Below, piece after piece: positions 22,643 through 35,443 of a stretch of DNA of 64,000 bases. Origin of the DNA: Phoronis australis (taxonomy: Eukaryota > Animalia > Phoronida); NCBI GenBank assembly GCA_002633005.1, contig NMRA01000031.1:458888-522887 (forward strand). Direction: 5' to 3'. Positions within the stretch are counted from its first letter, which is position 1. Each line of letters opens with the position of its first letter. The notes beneath the pieces are model-generated. The model saw nothing but the letters and a program-made list of their open reading frames with translations, was not told the DNA's origin and did no database searches. The position numbers and the translations under genes are program-made.

Positions 22643-25285
22643 TTTTTTTTAATAAGTTTATTTGCAGACACAGAAATTGACAATGGAATACAGTAGAAAA
22701 GAAAACTAACAAAAACACATTAATTCTCACATTCACACATTCCAGCTCTGCTTGAATTTATACTGAATATATAAGGGTTTCAAAAAATTCCAGCAAGTCG
22801 AGAGGTGATTCTCTAGATTTCATAGTTGTCCATGTCTTGACAGTGTCAAATAAAATTGGGTGAAATCTCTGAAGTACAGGAATACATGAAGACTTCGAAC
22901 AAGTATTGTGAAGTACCGAGCCACAGTTAATATGTGACTAATTTCATACTAATGATACCCTAAGTATGCAAATAGCAGGACACGCTTTTCAGTCAGTAAC
23001 AGGTAAGCTCCAACAACATTTGAAATCCATGTTTGTAATTTATTCCAAAAACATAATGTTACTGCAGACTGCCATGTCACGTTATTCTGACTTAAGCGTA
23101 CGAATACGCTCGTTTCCCCGTCATATCAATAGACTTGTTACTGCGTAGTTCTTGCGCCAGATGTCGCTCTCTCTGACTACTCTTTCTCGTGCCGCCTTTT
23201 TCAAATGCCATTGCACAAATGTTTATGTTGGAGGAATGTCTACTGTACATACTTATTTCAACAGGTTTTGGTTGGGCTTGGGGCAATATCGACGTAAGTA
23301 CTGGTGTTTCTTGATAGAAAATAGTTTAACTGCATTCGCTAGTTTTTCCCTGTTCTATCAGTGTATTTAACCTTTTTGAACGCTTACTATTAAAGAATGT
23401 CCTTTGCCCGATGCCATTTTCTTGGGCGTTGTCCGGAGAATTGGCTTGTTATCTACATGGTATAGCATTATGTAACGTTGTAACATTTCAGTTAACCTGC
23501 TACTGTCACTTCTACTGCTGACAATAAAAGAGTAAAGACCCCCCCAAGCCTGTTTTGTTTTGCACCAACAAAAAGTACGTGCTCACATTTCAAAAAAATG
23601 ATTAAAAGTTTCTACAAGTTCACAAAATGAGCATTAGTCGTTTTTGACTATTTTCATTTTCTTAAAAATATGTTTTGTGCTAACTTTTTTATGAATGTGA
23701 TAATACTTAAAAACTTTCAAATGAGGCTGGAGCAACAGTTTAAAAGACATAGTATAAATCTGTTTAACTTGCTGGTCAGCAAATAACTCTGACAGGGCTT
23801 GGAATGACCAATGACAAAAAACGCGGAAACTTTGAAACTCTTACGGCCCAAATCATGCCCGATAACCAGCCTTGAAATGGTCAATGTGAACCTTTCCTTG
23901 ACAAAAAAAAACGTTACCACCATCAGTAGCATGCGTCTGCGTCCTTTTAGCTCGCCCGTCCACTCCCAACGCACACATTTTTGGCTGCAGAGCCGTAGTA
24001 TTTGTCGCCGCGCTTAACAATAACACGAGACGCCATTGAAAATCCCACCACACTGTCCCAGATGCCCCGGCAATGTTGACAATTTACGTTCCTCCGAAAC
24101 ATAAAGAGCAACTTCCGCTTTTCGAGGTGAACGTCGCCTGCAACGCCGCGGTAAGAAAGGAATTTGCCGCGGAAATTTCATATCAAATCCGATTTTTTTT
24201 ACGCGGGAATATTATAAAAAAGCGGAAAGCACATTTGAAAAAAGCGGAAATCCGCGTTTCCGCGGAAAATTCCAAGCCCTGCTCTGACAAACTGTGTTCC
24301 ACATCAGGAACTGATATCTCTGTAGAAAGTAATACATCTTTTGTCCATCGTGTGTCAGTCTGATCCGGTGCAAAGTCCTGCATGCTACTGACTCTATCAT
24401 TAATCATAATATCAGAAATTTTCATTGTCTTGGCCACAGCATTGTGCTTCATCCAATTGCTCAATTTGTACCTTTCCTTTAAAACCTCACGGCAAGACAA
24501 TAATTTATTTTCGAAATCTAATAAGTTTTGAACAAAAACAACTCCAACACTGTAGTATCTGATATAGAACACAGTTTTCCCATTTATCAAAATATTTTTG
24601 TTATTCTATACAACTTGATTTTTGAAACCAATATTCTCATGTAAGTAGCTGTTATTTGCTCCCAGAACCATAACATATCCGACTACAATAGGTTGAAATT
24701 TTCTATAAGCAAATTTTTATAAGCGTAATTAGATTTTAAGATTAAACAACCTCCATTCTTTCTATATTCAAAAAATTAATGAATACATCCCATTCTTTAT
24801 TTTTTCCTTCTAAAAACGTGGATTCCAAAATGTTGACATCTGGAACAGCTAAGCCCCCTCTTTCCCTGCTATTTACAGTAACACCTCTTCTAACTCTTCG
24901 GGGTTTATTCCGTCATATGAAACCCAGGATAACATTATTTACCTCCCGTCTTTTGTTGGGAGGCATACCTGTGTATTCACAACATAAATTATTTTGGACA
25001 TAGCCAAAGTTTTGATCACTTCAATTCTACCAAGTATGGAAATATTGAGGCTTTTCCATATATTTAATGTTTTATGAAAATTTTAAATTTTGTCATTATA
25101 ATTATGGGCATTGATTTTTCCTTATTGTACCCAAAATATACGCCCAAACATTTGATTGGCTATCCAGACCATTTCAAGTCACACAAAATTTTGTTGCGTT
25201 CCTCATCTGATGAACGTGGGATGAAAACTACACCGCAGAATCTGAGCACTAAAGTTTTCAATTTCACTGACCAGTAGACTAAGAA
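22643..25285 (-). mobile_element. Decayed L1/Tx1-like LINE (ORF2 C-terminal half with poly(A) end), interrupted by later insertions
   Basis: Minus-strand frames with stops/frameshifts give PIKCLGVYFG, LNIWKSLNISILGRIEVIKTLAMSKIIY, ERGGLAVPD, NNKNILINGKTVFY, KMKIVKND*CSFCELVETFNHFF and FWNKLQTWI, all typical of L1/Tx1 ORF2. AATAAA plus A8 tail at 22662-22643. Confidence 0.8.
23793..24281. mobile_element. Non-autonomous TIR element (CAGGGCTTGGAA termini), 6-bp TSD CTCTGA
   Basis: CAGGGCTTGGAAT...ATTCCAAGCCCTG flanked by CTCTGA on both sides; the empty site is visible in the paralogous LINE at about 56300. Confidence 0.85.
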
Positions 25286-25752
25286 AACACAACACATAAC
25301 AACACGCTTTCAATTTCGTACGAAATTGAATTTCCAAAATTGTCTATTCCATTTTTCAAAGGCCATCAATATTGACCCACAAATAATGAACATTTCACCA
25401 GCAATGTCAGATGTTAAGTACAAACCAGGTCAAGAATGAAATAAATTTTCTTGACTGTATATTTTGGCTAAGAATTCCAGTTTTCTACTGACTGTGTTTG
25501 AATGCATATGTAAAAACTTTTCCACTAACCGCAATTAAGGCCAAGGAGTTTTTAAAAAGGGCAGAATACCTAAACCCATATTGAACACTGCTTCAGTAAC
25601 ATCACCATCACCTTTGGACGTCAAGTTTCACTCAACGGCAAATATTGAATGTTTTGAGTAATTTTGTGACAGGTTTTGAAAGACGTACACCGTGTGTTTA
25701 TGGCCTCGGTAGACTCTTCGAACCAGAAATGACATCGTAAAAGAATACTTAC

Positions 25753-25797
25753 ACAGGTACTCATTCTTCAATTTGGGCCACGCAACATCACATCAAT
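25753..25797 (-). other. Putative neurabin 5'UTR exon (45 nt)
   Basis: Strong TTTTTTGCAG acceptor and GTAAGT donor 45 nt apart, upstream of the first coding exon. Confidence 0.45.
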
Positions 25798-28700
25798 CTG
25801 CAAAAAAATACATAAATAAAAGTCCTAGGACAGGAAACTGAGACACATTGTGATCATTTTGTTAGACAATAAATTGGCAAGCAGACCAGATGGGCTCTCT
25901 TCCACATAGCGGACAGAGGGTGCCCTACCATTCAAAATATAGAGAAATTTATAACTGGAAAACCTGGACAATTCGATACCCAAGACAATACCTCGAATGA
26001 CGAAAAACACAAACCGAAGACAATATCACTTTCGATGACCTCCGGCAGGAAGAGCAAATGAGTGGAGTATGAACTGGTGCGCACTTTTCAACAGTTGGTT
26101 GACAAATACTATCAACACCATACACTGATCAGCTTAAAGCAATAACACAAGCCACCGATTTTCAGTCTAACAACAAATTTTTCTTTGTAGGAGTGGTCAT
26201 ATGCAACCTGTGCCAAGAAAGCTTTATTCTTGAATTTATGGTTGGATGGTTCGTGTACAGTTTGGCTAAAAAAGTTTTAACTTTAACTAAAGGATGAGCT
26301 TTCCATGAAACTTTTAGGTGAGGTTGTCAATTAACCAAGAACGACAGTAAGTTTCATTATATTCTGGACGTGATCAGGATCATGAGTGAGAGTACAAGAG
26401 GCCTGGTATCAGCCATACTGGTGTACATAGAGGTCACTCCATCCCAGCAATGCAATGGTATCATTTGTCTCACCATGGCCAGTAGTTTTATCTCAGTACC
26501 TTTTACCCCATTTGACCAAGTATTGAGTCCAAGGAGTGAATTGTGAATCTGTGGCAAGACTCCCAGTAAACTGCAATTGAAGAGAGCCAGGGCTCTGGAC
26601 CTTTATGTCAAAAGTTTCCTGTTCCAGTATAACTGAGGCCTGTGATATAACTGATCTACTAATGGCAGCATTGTTAATAAGTCCAAACTTTACAAATCAA
26701 TGGACACTCACACTTTGGCCTGGCAGTAGTTGGCATAGATTCAACAGGTCACCTAACAGCCTATAACAACAATCCACCTCCAGCCATTCACACACCTTCA
26801 GAAAGCCTCAATGTCAGTGTCACAGGTTATTGTACAACCATTTGGTGAAGCCACAAATATACAATACAGATGTTATCTGTTTCCTGGACTCCTTTCTTTG
26901 CCACAAACCAGGAACCCATAAATACATGTGTCCTCAAAATCAAAATTTCTCTACAGGGATCATGTTCCTAAAATGCATACTGGCATTTATTTTTCAATTC
27001 CGGCCAATTTTAACCAATACCCAACAACAAAATATGTGTATTGTCTGCTATTGGACATCATTGATCAGATTGTTGACATGAGGTGATGTGGAAGACAAGG
27101 TATTGTGAACTCTGGTCCAAACTCAACCACAGGTGAACAATGCCAGCCACTGATAACACAATATATCCAGTCACAGAGTGTGTTCATGGACATCAATATC
27201 ACAGGTTGTAACAGTCATGACCATAGTCTAGAGGTAACCCGAAACCCTACATACAGTTACAGAGGTGACACTACAGGAGAACACCCACAGATACTGCAAA
27301 CTGTTAGAAATGTGTTGTGTTCTAACAAGGTAACAATGAGCATGAACTTGGACGACACTGACAATGATGTTTAAATGCACCAAGTAATACTCTATAACAG
27401 GAAACGTAGAACTCTTCAGTGATGTGAGAGCACAAAAGCAACTCTTGTTTGACTTAATTTCAAAATGAAGTGGAGAAGAGAGATAGAGTTCGCAAAGACA
27501 AAATGCAAGTTTGTTCATTCACAGAAATTCAGTGGCGTTGTGACTTTTTTAGGAATCACTTGAACACGATCAAATCCTATGACAATGATTCGATGACATG
27601 ATAGCAAATAATGTAAAAAGTGCCGTGGAATTCCACTTCTTTAAAATCTTCGTCATAGTTACAAGTAAACAGTAGGTGGTGCTACAGCATTTGTACAGAA
27701 AATATGCTACCGCCATCTGGCAACACAGCAAATTTCAGCATGTTGAAACTATGTTTAATGCATAATTGAGCCTATTGATCATTATACGTGTCCATCCTAT
27801 TCCCGGGCCTCATTGAACTAATGAGATGAGACAAAATTTTAAATGGCAAGCCCGATTTTGAGTTTGTCAGTTGACAGTATTCAAATTCTGAGACTTCTAG
27901 TGTTCCCCGATTCCACATACTTGGTTCTTCCTAAAGTTTAACATCTAAAACTTGATATTTTAAAGATTGATTACGGTCAGAGTTTTGAGCCTTGGAAAGT
28001 GTAGGGTCTGACTTGAACAGTTTTCAAACAAGGAAATAAAGAACAGACTACAAACATTAACCCTAACGCACAAGAGGTCAAATTGATACTCTGCCTCAAG
28101 TGCTTATTTAAGGAATAAATTGCTATCTGAAATAGTTATTTGCCAAGCAGCATAGGATGATATAATGTCCCCAACTTAGGAAAATGAGACGGGCATTTCT
28201 GACATATTTTTGAAAAACAAAAACAGTCAAAATCCTTCATTTCTGGCCAGTCTTTAACATTTGGAAGACAAAATGATTTTTCTTGATTATGAAGAATGGA
28301 ACATGGGGGGATTTTCCCCGTTTAGTAAATTTCTGAGACTGTTTTGTATCAGAGTCTGAAAATATAAATACTGAATTACAAAATAGTCAACAATAGCCAC
28401 CTAGACAATATTTTCATGTGTCCCCATAGTGTGTAACACAGATGTGAACAATGATTTGTTGTTGACCAAAATTCTTAGATTTGGGAAGGCCAACATTTCG
28501 AATTTCTAAAACTTGGCACAAGATTCAGCCTAGAGGAAAATAATTAATTTTTCGCTGTCCCGTTAACGTAAGCAGTCACCACATAAATGCTTAAAAGTTC
28601 TAAATCATAGCTACCATAGGAGAATGTTTAGAGAAATTGTGGGACAAAAGAGCAAGAAAACGAAAGAAGATAAATTCTTGTAATTATTTTTGTCAGAATT

Positions 28701-31700
28701 TTCATACTTCTTAGTGACAAACGGTAGAGGGATGATATCCGCAATGTGCCTATGAGTTACACACACACAAATAACATGGCCACAATGGCTGGAATTGTGT
28801 CTTCATTCAGTAGTTAAACAACAGGTTACACCCAATTGTGTGGAACCCCTTATCTCCATGTTGAGCAGTACTCTACAGTTCCACACTATGGGTGGACAAC
28901 ACACCAATATACTAAGTGCCTGGATGATAAATGAATATTGATTGACCTTTCTGAACAGTCCAAAAGCCCTACATGTTGTCGCCAGGTAAAGTTGATTCCA
29001 GTTGACTCATTTACACCAAAACACCTTAATTGAAAAAACACTAAGCTAAAACAGCACAATACCTTCACAATAGCAACTTCCTTAAGCCATTGGCTTCAGA
29101 TCAACCATATTCAACAAAAAGAATGCCTAACATGTGAAGGAATGTCGAGTATTTCACTGGCTGTCTCACACCTTTCCCCTAAGCAATCATTTCAACCTGA
29201 AGTGGGAGTATCAATTATGTGGCCTTTTGAACAACAGTTAACTTTCTCTTCCCGTCCCTCAGGCAACTTGTGCAGAACATTCTCTATCAGAGGCCAATGC
29301 AGGCAAATTACCAACTTTCACAGAGAGCAACTATTTCTCTATTTTGTTATATAACATCAGACTAAGCTGGAAAACCAGCAATATTGATAAAAGCAGTGTA
29401 CTTGTAATTACTGGTAATTGCAATCTCCTGATTATATGACTAGGACTAAGTTGATTAGATTGATAGGGATTTGTGACAATTTGCATCTGTTGCAATTAGG
29501 GCCAAGCCACACTGGCAAACAGTCAACATGCTGACATAATCAGTGAAGAACTGAACAGTCGACAGACAGTCTCTCGCCACCAATTGTGACGTTCCAGACT
29601 TATACTCCCGTTCACAAGCCATGTCATCCCAACAGAAGGCAGATCGGAGGTTTGATCTGCAGTCTGAGAAAAACTTGGATATCCCAGTCTGAAAATATAT
29701 CAGACGACAGATCAGCCTTCTTACCGTTGTAGGGAGTCAGATGGATACACCCTAAATGACACCATTTGTGATATTGCTCAAAGCATCCATGGTGATCAGA
29801 CATGATTGGGCATACTATTTGTATTTTTCAAGTTAACATTACTTTTATGTTGCCGTATGCTAATTATTCGTAAAATGGCAAGTAGGATGTCTCAGCCAAT
29901 AAAAATTTCGCATCTGAACCAGAGTTTCAACCCTTATGTCAAAAATAAGGGACCGAAATGCATTTCCAAATTTTCAAGACGTTGGGAGTGCAATTTTGTG
30001 ACCCCAAGTCAAATTCCTGCTTTTGTATATGTTACCATGGAGACATAGGTCTGTAATAAAGTTTTCAGTGTCATTACTTCATATCTTCACTAACTGTTTT
30101 CTTCTGGACAGGCTAATATCTTAATGAGATCTAAGAGCTGCTGTTTTAAGTAGTAATCCAGTGATACAGGGCATCTGAATGTTGCACAGGACATGCCAGT
30201 AAAGACATAGTAATACGAGGTTAGTATTCCAAATGGACACCTCAGATAGATTAAAGTGCTTAAAATCACCAATTTTATATCAAAAACACGAAAAAAGAAA
30301 CCCACCAGCCCATCTGCAGTCAAATTAGAACACCCGCAAACACTATCTGACGATATGTTAATTAGCTGATCACGAGTTTGTCAAAATTTCTCGATAAAAT
30401 AACAATTTAGGGAAATCACATCTCAATAATACAAAAAGTTTGGTACTGCTATATATCATAAAATAATGTTTAGAAAACATTCCATTCCAGACATGTAGCA
30501 ATTTTTGTGCAAAATAACTCGATACTTACCATACCACAAGCATTTTGAAGCTGACCTCGACAAAACAGCACTGTCGACACAAAAAATGTTATCTATCCCA
30601 ATCAAATTGTTAAACAGATGAAAAAAGGAATTTGCAATTAAAAAACAGATAGCCAATAGCCTCAACCCAAAATCAAGCAATAATAGAAAACCAGTATTAC
30701 TCACGATGCTGCACGTCCTTCCGGTTGTGTTATTCTACATTGTTGTGTAATTAACCAATGTTTATTACACGTCAGCATAAAATTAACAAAACTATCAAAT
30801 CGAATCGGCTTTTGTTGTCCATTGTTTTAAATTGTACATAGTATTCAGAATGTATGGCGTGCCATACTTTCTTGGTCACCACAAAAATGATCTAGTCACT
30901 GACTACTTACTATGTAGGGACTTTGCTCATCTGAGGGGAAAGCTGCTTTTGCTTTTGCCACGAGAAAATTCTTCTCTCAGACTGTTGAAAACCCCATGCC
31001 CATTCCCTCAAAAAGGCTGAGAAATAGACTACTGTAGTTAATAAAGCTATCTGATGCAGACAATCTTTTGTGCGCTGAAACCAAGTCTGACCGAGGGAAT
31101 TTTTTGTCATTAAATGGTAATTGTTGGGCCAGAATTTCGCGTGATTCTGATTCTCCTTCAAAGGGCAACGAGATCGTTATTTGAACACAAATGGGGCACC
31201 AAGGGTCCTGCTGAGAATGGCACAGCCAATGTCAGGGAACATTTCCTACATCCCAGCCTGGAAGAGTATTACACACTCACTCAACAGGTCATGCACCCAA
31301 AAGCCCATACCTATGTGTCCATTAACCTGAAAATGTGCAATTTAACCCGGTAAACCCATCTTACTGTATTTTTAAGTACAGTTTCTGACAACAGTAAAAA
31401 TCAACTTTAAGTCATGCATATTAAATAGCCGACTACGTAGGACCATCGAAAAATTGACAAATTTGGCCAACTATGGAGCATCATACCTCAGAAATGGCAG
31501 ATCCGATTGACATGAAACTTTCAGACACCATAATTTATGCTTTGTTTGCCAAAACACTGACAGGGATTGTTTTTAAAATTTTCCACTTTTGCATGAGGGG
31601 ATGCCAAATATAGGACTTTTGTGAGTTTTAATCTCAAACACTTAGATTAAACAAAATTTGGTCATCTTTTGGTACCGGTGTTCTGCAACCTTTACTAAAA

Positions 31701-33078
31701 AGGCATGCCCATGTAACATAACCCAATTAATGCTACACGTTTAGTATCAGTAATCAACAAGGTAACAAAAACAGTGGAAACTATTTGAAAAATCAAAGAT
31801 TTCAAACCCATCACAGTTCTTATTCAGTGATGACTGACAAATGTGGATTCATTGACATCAGAAATGCTACGCCTGGCACATCACTCCGAAAGGCACTGAC
31901 CACAGTCAAAGGTTTTTAAAGTAGTGTAAAAAGGCCTGTTTTTCAGTAATGATCAAGCAAACTGGACGAGATTAAGCCTTGGGATTTGTTAAATATGCAT
32001 CACACAAAATGTTCATTTTACAAGTTATGTGACTTATTCACTCTTCTCTCTAAACTCATATTACTATTTTTCTCATTTTTTAACATATTTTCTATATAAT
32101 TTATGTCATTTCATCATTTCAATGTTTTCCTTTATTACAACTACACTGTTCTAACAGTTATTTTCATTTACTGGTATAGTCGTTTTCAAATCAAACTAGA
32201 CAACGTCAAAAATCAACAAAGATTTCAAACCCATCACGGTTCTTATTCAGTGATGACTAACAAAACGCGCAATCTTTGACATCAGAAAGTTTATGAATCG
32301 CATATCACTCGGAAAGGCACTGACCTTTATTAATGTTACACTGTTTGTTCTCACAGTTATTTTCATTTGCTGGTACAGTTGTTTTCAAAACAAATCAAAC
32401 ATCGAAATTTGATAAATTTCGGCACACAAAACCATGACTAAATATATCCCTTTCTCCTCATTTCTGGCAAAATCTCAACAAAATCTTGACAGGTGTTACT
32501 TCCTATACATTGCCGACATCCCGACAAGTACTTACTCCACGCAAGTCTATTCATAAATAAACATGTCGCAGATAAGCTCCCACATGAGTTAAAATAATGC
32601 TATTTTATTGCGATAAAATTGAAGAAAACTGTCAAATAATTCTGGCACGAAGTTCACCCATGGAGCTGTCTAGTTGAGTAGTTCACTTTGAAAACTACTG
32701 ATTAATTTTATTTATTTTCTACTGTTTACCTAGGTCTTGTCTTTCTTTGCTATACTATGCATTTACTATAGAACATTGTTTTAAAAAGACCCTGTGGGAG
32801 AACAGCAAATTTTACTGAACGGACTACCCACTATATATAATAAGCAGATTTCAATCAATCAACTGGGACAAAGTCGAACCAAAATTAGCTAAGCCTATGG
32901 ATAACAAGGACTGAGAGAGCGCATCTGAACAGGCTTAGAATGGCTATGTATACCTTGCAAGACTAATAATTACCCCAATAGTTATGGGCACTCAACAACA
33001 AGTTAAACACAGCACACTCACAACGAAACACAAATTCAGGTAACTCATTTAGGCCTACCACTTACTGTTTACTACAGG

Positions 33079-34551
33079 TAGGGAGGACAATCAAAAAGTA
33101 GGTCACGGTGCTCCATATCTGCCTCCGTGTAAAACCCACGTCGGTAAATTACCCGATTTCAGACTTCAAAGTTAACTATAAGATAATTTTGTGTTATAAA
33201 TCGTTACCTAAGTCTTTATTTGTAAGTTTGTAATCTTTTTGTCTCAAATTATAGCTGATAAATCATTTTTTGTAAGCTTTTTTTAGCGCACGATTTTCCG
33301 CCGTGCGATCAACTTTCGAAAAAGTACCTCTTGTTCCTCCTATCCAAAAGAGCACTATACTCTCAAATACAAACATGAAATTTGGACAGGATGTAGTTTA
33401 GATGCGTGCGCATCTCCTAAAGTTGTTTTCTCGAAGTCAAGGCCAAGTTTTCATGGCGAGTTTTCGATCGTCCGGAAGGCCTAATTTTGGTCGGTCGGGA
33501 GATTGATATTTTTCCAGTTGCGCAATATGCCCCCCCAATTTTTAGATGAGGAATTTATCACTCTTTTAACTGGTAGTTATTTCATTTTTAGAAATTCTGT
33601 CAAACTGCTGCGCATTGGCACTTTTCAAACAGCAGTCGTTAGTTCACTAAGTCGCCGCATGTTAGCGCCACCAGCGGCTACGTTGAAGTTCAATGGCATC
33701 GCAACTTCACCGTTCGAAATAAAGTTGTTACAAAGTTTTTGTTGCGTAAATGATGAAATCCTTCATGTTAAGAGTGATTTGTTTTCCCAAATGGTATTTT
33801 GTCTACTTTCTGATGTTTTTTGCCAGGATACGATCTAATAGTACATGGGTGGCACCCAGCACTGAAATGAATTGGGGGAGCTGTAGCCTCCCCCAGCCCC
33901 CTGTCACTGTCAGGCAATGATGTGTTGCCCATGTAGTAGTATTCAGGGGCAGATCTAGGATTTTTAGATAGGAGGGGGGGGCAGGGCAGAGTATTATGCA
34001 GGATTTTACCCGTAAGATATTTGCACCCTCAAACTAGCAGCCAAATGGGAGTTTTAGGGGGGCCACGGGCCAGGCCCCCTTGCCCCCCCAAATCCACCAA
34101 TGTGATCTTGTGATTTGATGTGAAATTTCCTCATAGCTCAGATGTATTTATTTCTGAGCTGATGTGATGTCTTTGCTCTTTACCTTTTAAGCTGTGTAAT
34201 TCATTGTTTTCATCAAATATGATGAGCCTGTTCTATATGCTAACAACACACTTAAACAGCAATATCTCTAGAAATCTAATCAAATTTTATATAATACACA
34301 CCACCATGTTTGCCACAATGAGACGAATCTTTTTATATGCAGCACATGTATATTCTTTTATTTTTTATGAAATTATGTAAAAAGGCAGATATTTTACGCA
34401 TAATCGTCGCGTTTCAACGGCCATTTTCTCGTTAACCGCTCATCCGATTTTTCTGATTTTTGCACCATTTTATTTCTCACACCAAGGGCTTTTCAAAAAT
34501 GTATGACTCATGGATATTGTAAAAAAAATTTAAAAAACGTTGTCCTCCCTA
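33079..34551. mobile_element. 1473-bp non-autonomous hAT-like TIR element, 7-bp TSD CTACAGG, with nested GC-rich MITE remnants (about 33844-34102)
   Basis: Perfect 12-bp TIR TAGGGAGGACAA / TTGTCCTCCCTA; CTACAGG at 33072-33078 and 34552-34558; no transposase ORF. Confidence 0.8.
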
Positions 34552-34940
34552 CTACAGGCCCGCCAGATATGGGATGATGAAAACAACCCTGTTTTTTGAC
34601 AGAGCCAGATCCACACAAATCAGCATAAAGAGTCCTTAATGTGGTTGCTCAACAACTCTCAATTTAAAAATGTTGCTAGTAACGAGTTAAGGACAACCCT
34701 GAATCCTTACTACTCAATAAACAATTTTTGCAACTGCACCAGGACCTAGCTAGGGTGGTGAACAATTGCATCGGAACATCCCATTTCCAGTTTCCATTCC
34801 CATTTCAGAAGTATACATAATAAAGTAGGAGAACATGTGAAAAGCACCAAACATAAGAACTGTCTAAGTTCATAAATTTTAACTGAAATAAAATCGAAAT
34901 TAATCAAACGAACCACTTGAGAACAAAGTTTCTTTCATAC

Positions 34941-35128
34941 CAAGTTCCGCAACATGAAGAAGAACAAACTCAGACGGGATCCGCCATTTTCCTTCCAGTG
35001 CCCGTATGTAAGCCTCGTTTTCGAAATCGGTCACTTCTCACATGTTTGTTGATTTCTAGGTTTTATTTCCAATAAAACTGTTGAGTGTAATCATATCGCA
35101 ATCTTAAGGAAATCTTACTTTCATTTTA
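34941..35128. promoter_or_regulatory. Putative bidirectional promoter / neurabin first exon with YY1-like motif
   Basis: CCGCCATTTT at 34981-34990 (AAAATGGCGG on the minus strand), a minus-strand GTATGA donor at 34940, and the NPEPPS ATG at 35129. Confidence 0.45.
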
Positions 35129-35443
35129 ATGTTTCTGGGTTTGCGGACAACACTTTTTGCAGTTGTGGTGTCAAAAATTTCCCTGCAGTCTGCTTTACCA
35201 GTCGTGAACATCTTGAAGACAAATACCGGTGTTTGTATTCGCCGGCCATTTTTGTCACGATACGGTGTATCGAGAAATTTCTGCACTGCTGTTCAGACCA
35301 AAATTGAGGAAAGTATCACAATGCCTGAGAAGAAACCGTTCGAACGCCTTCCCGTCGATGTCGTGCCATCAAATTATAAGTTGAGGCTTCAACCCGATTT
35401 GAAATCACTCACTTTCAAAGGTTTTGAGGAAATATCTGTGGAT
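35129..35443 (+). CDS. NPEPPS: NPEPPS exon 1 (N-terminal extension + [11 protein letters not shown])
   Basis: 105 codons then GAT|GTACGT donor; second in-frame ATG at 35321. Confidence 0.9.

Noticed and set aside
33208-33300. Minus-strand AG|GTAAC donor as neurabin first exon
   Set aside because: It lies inside the 33079-34551 transposon; the 34941 candidate fits better.
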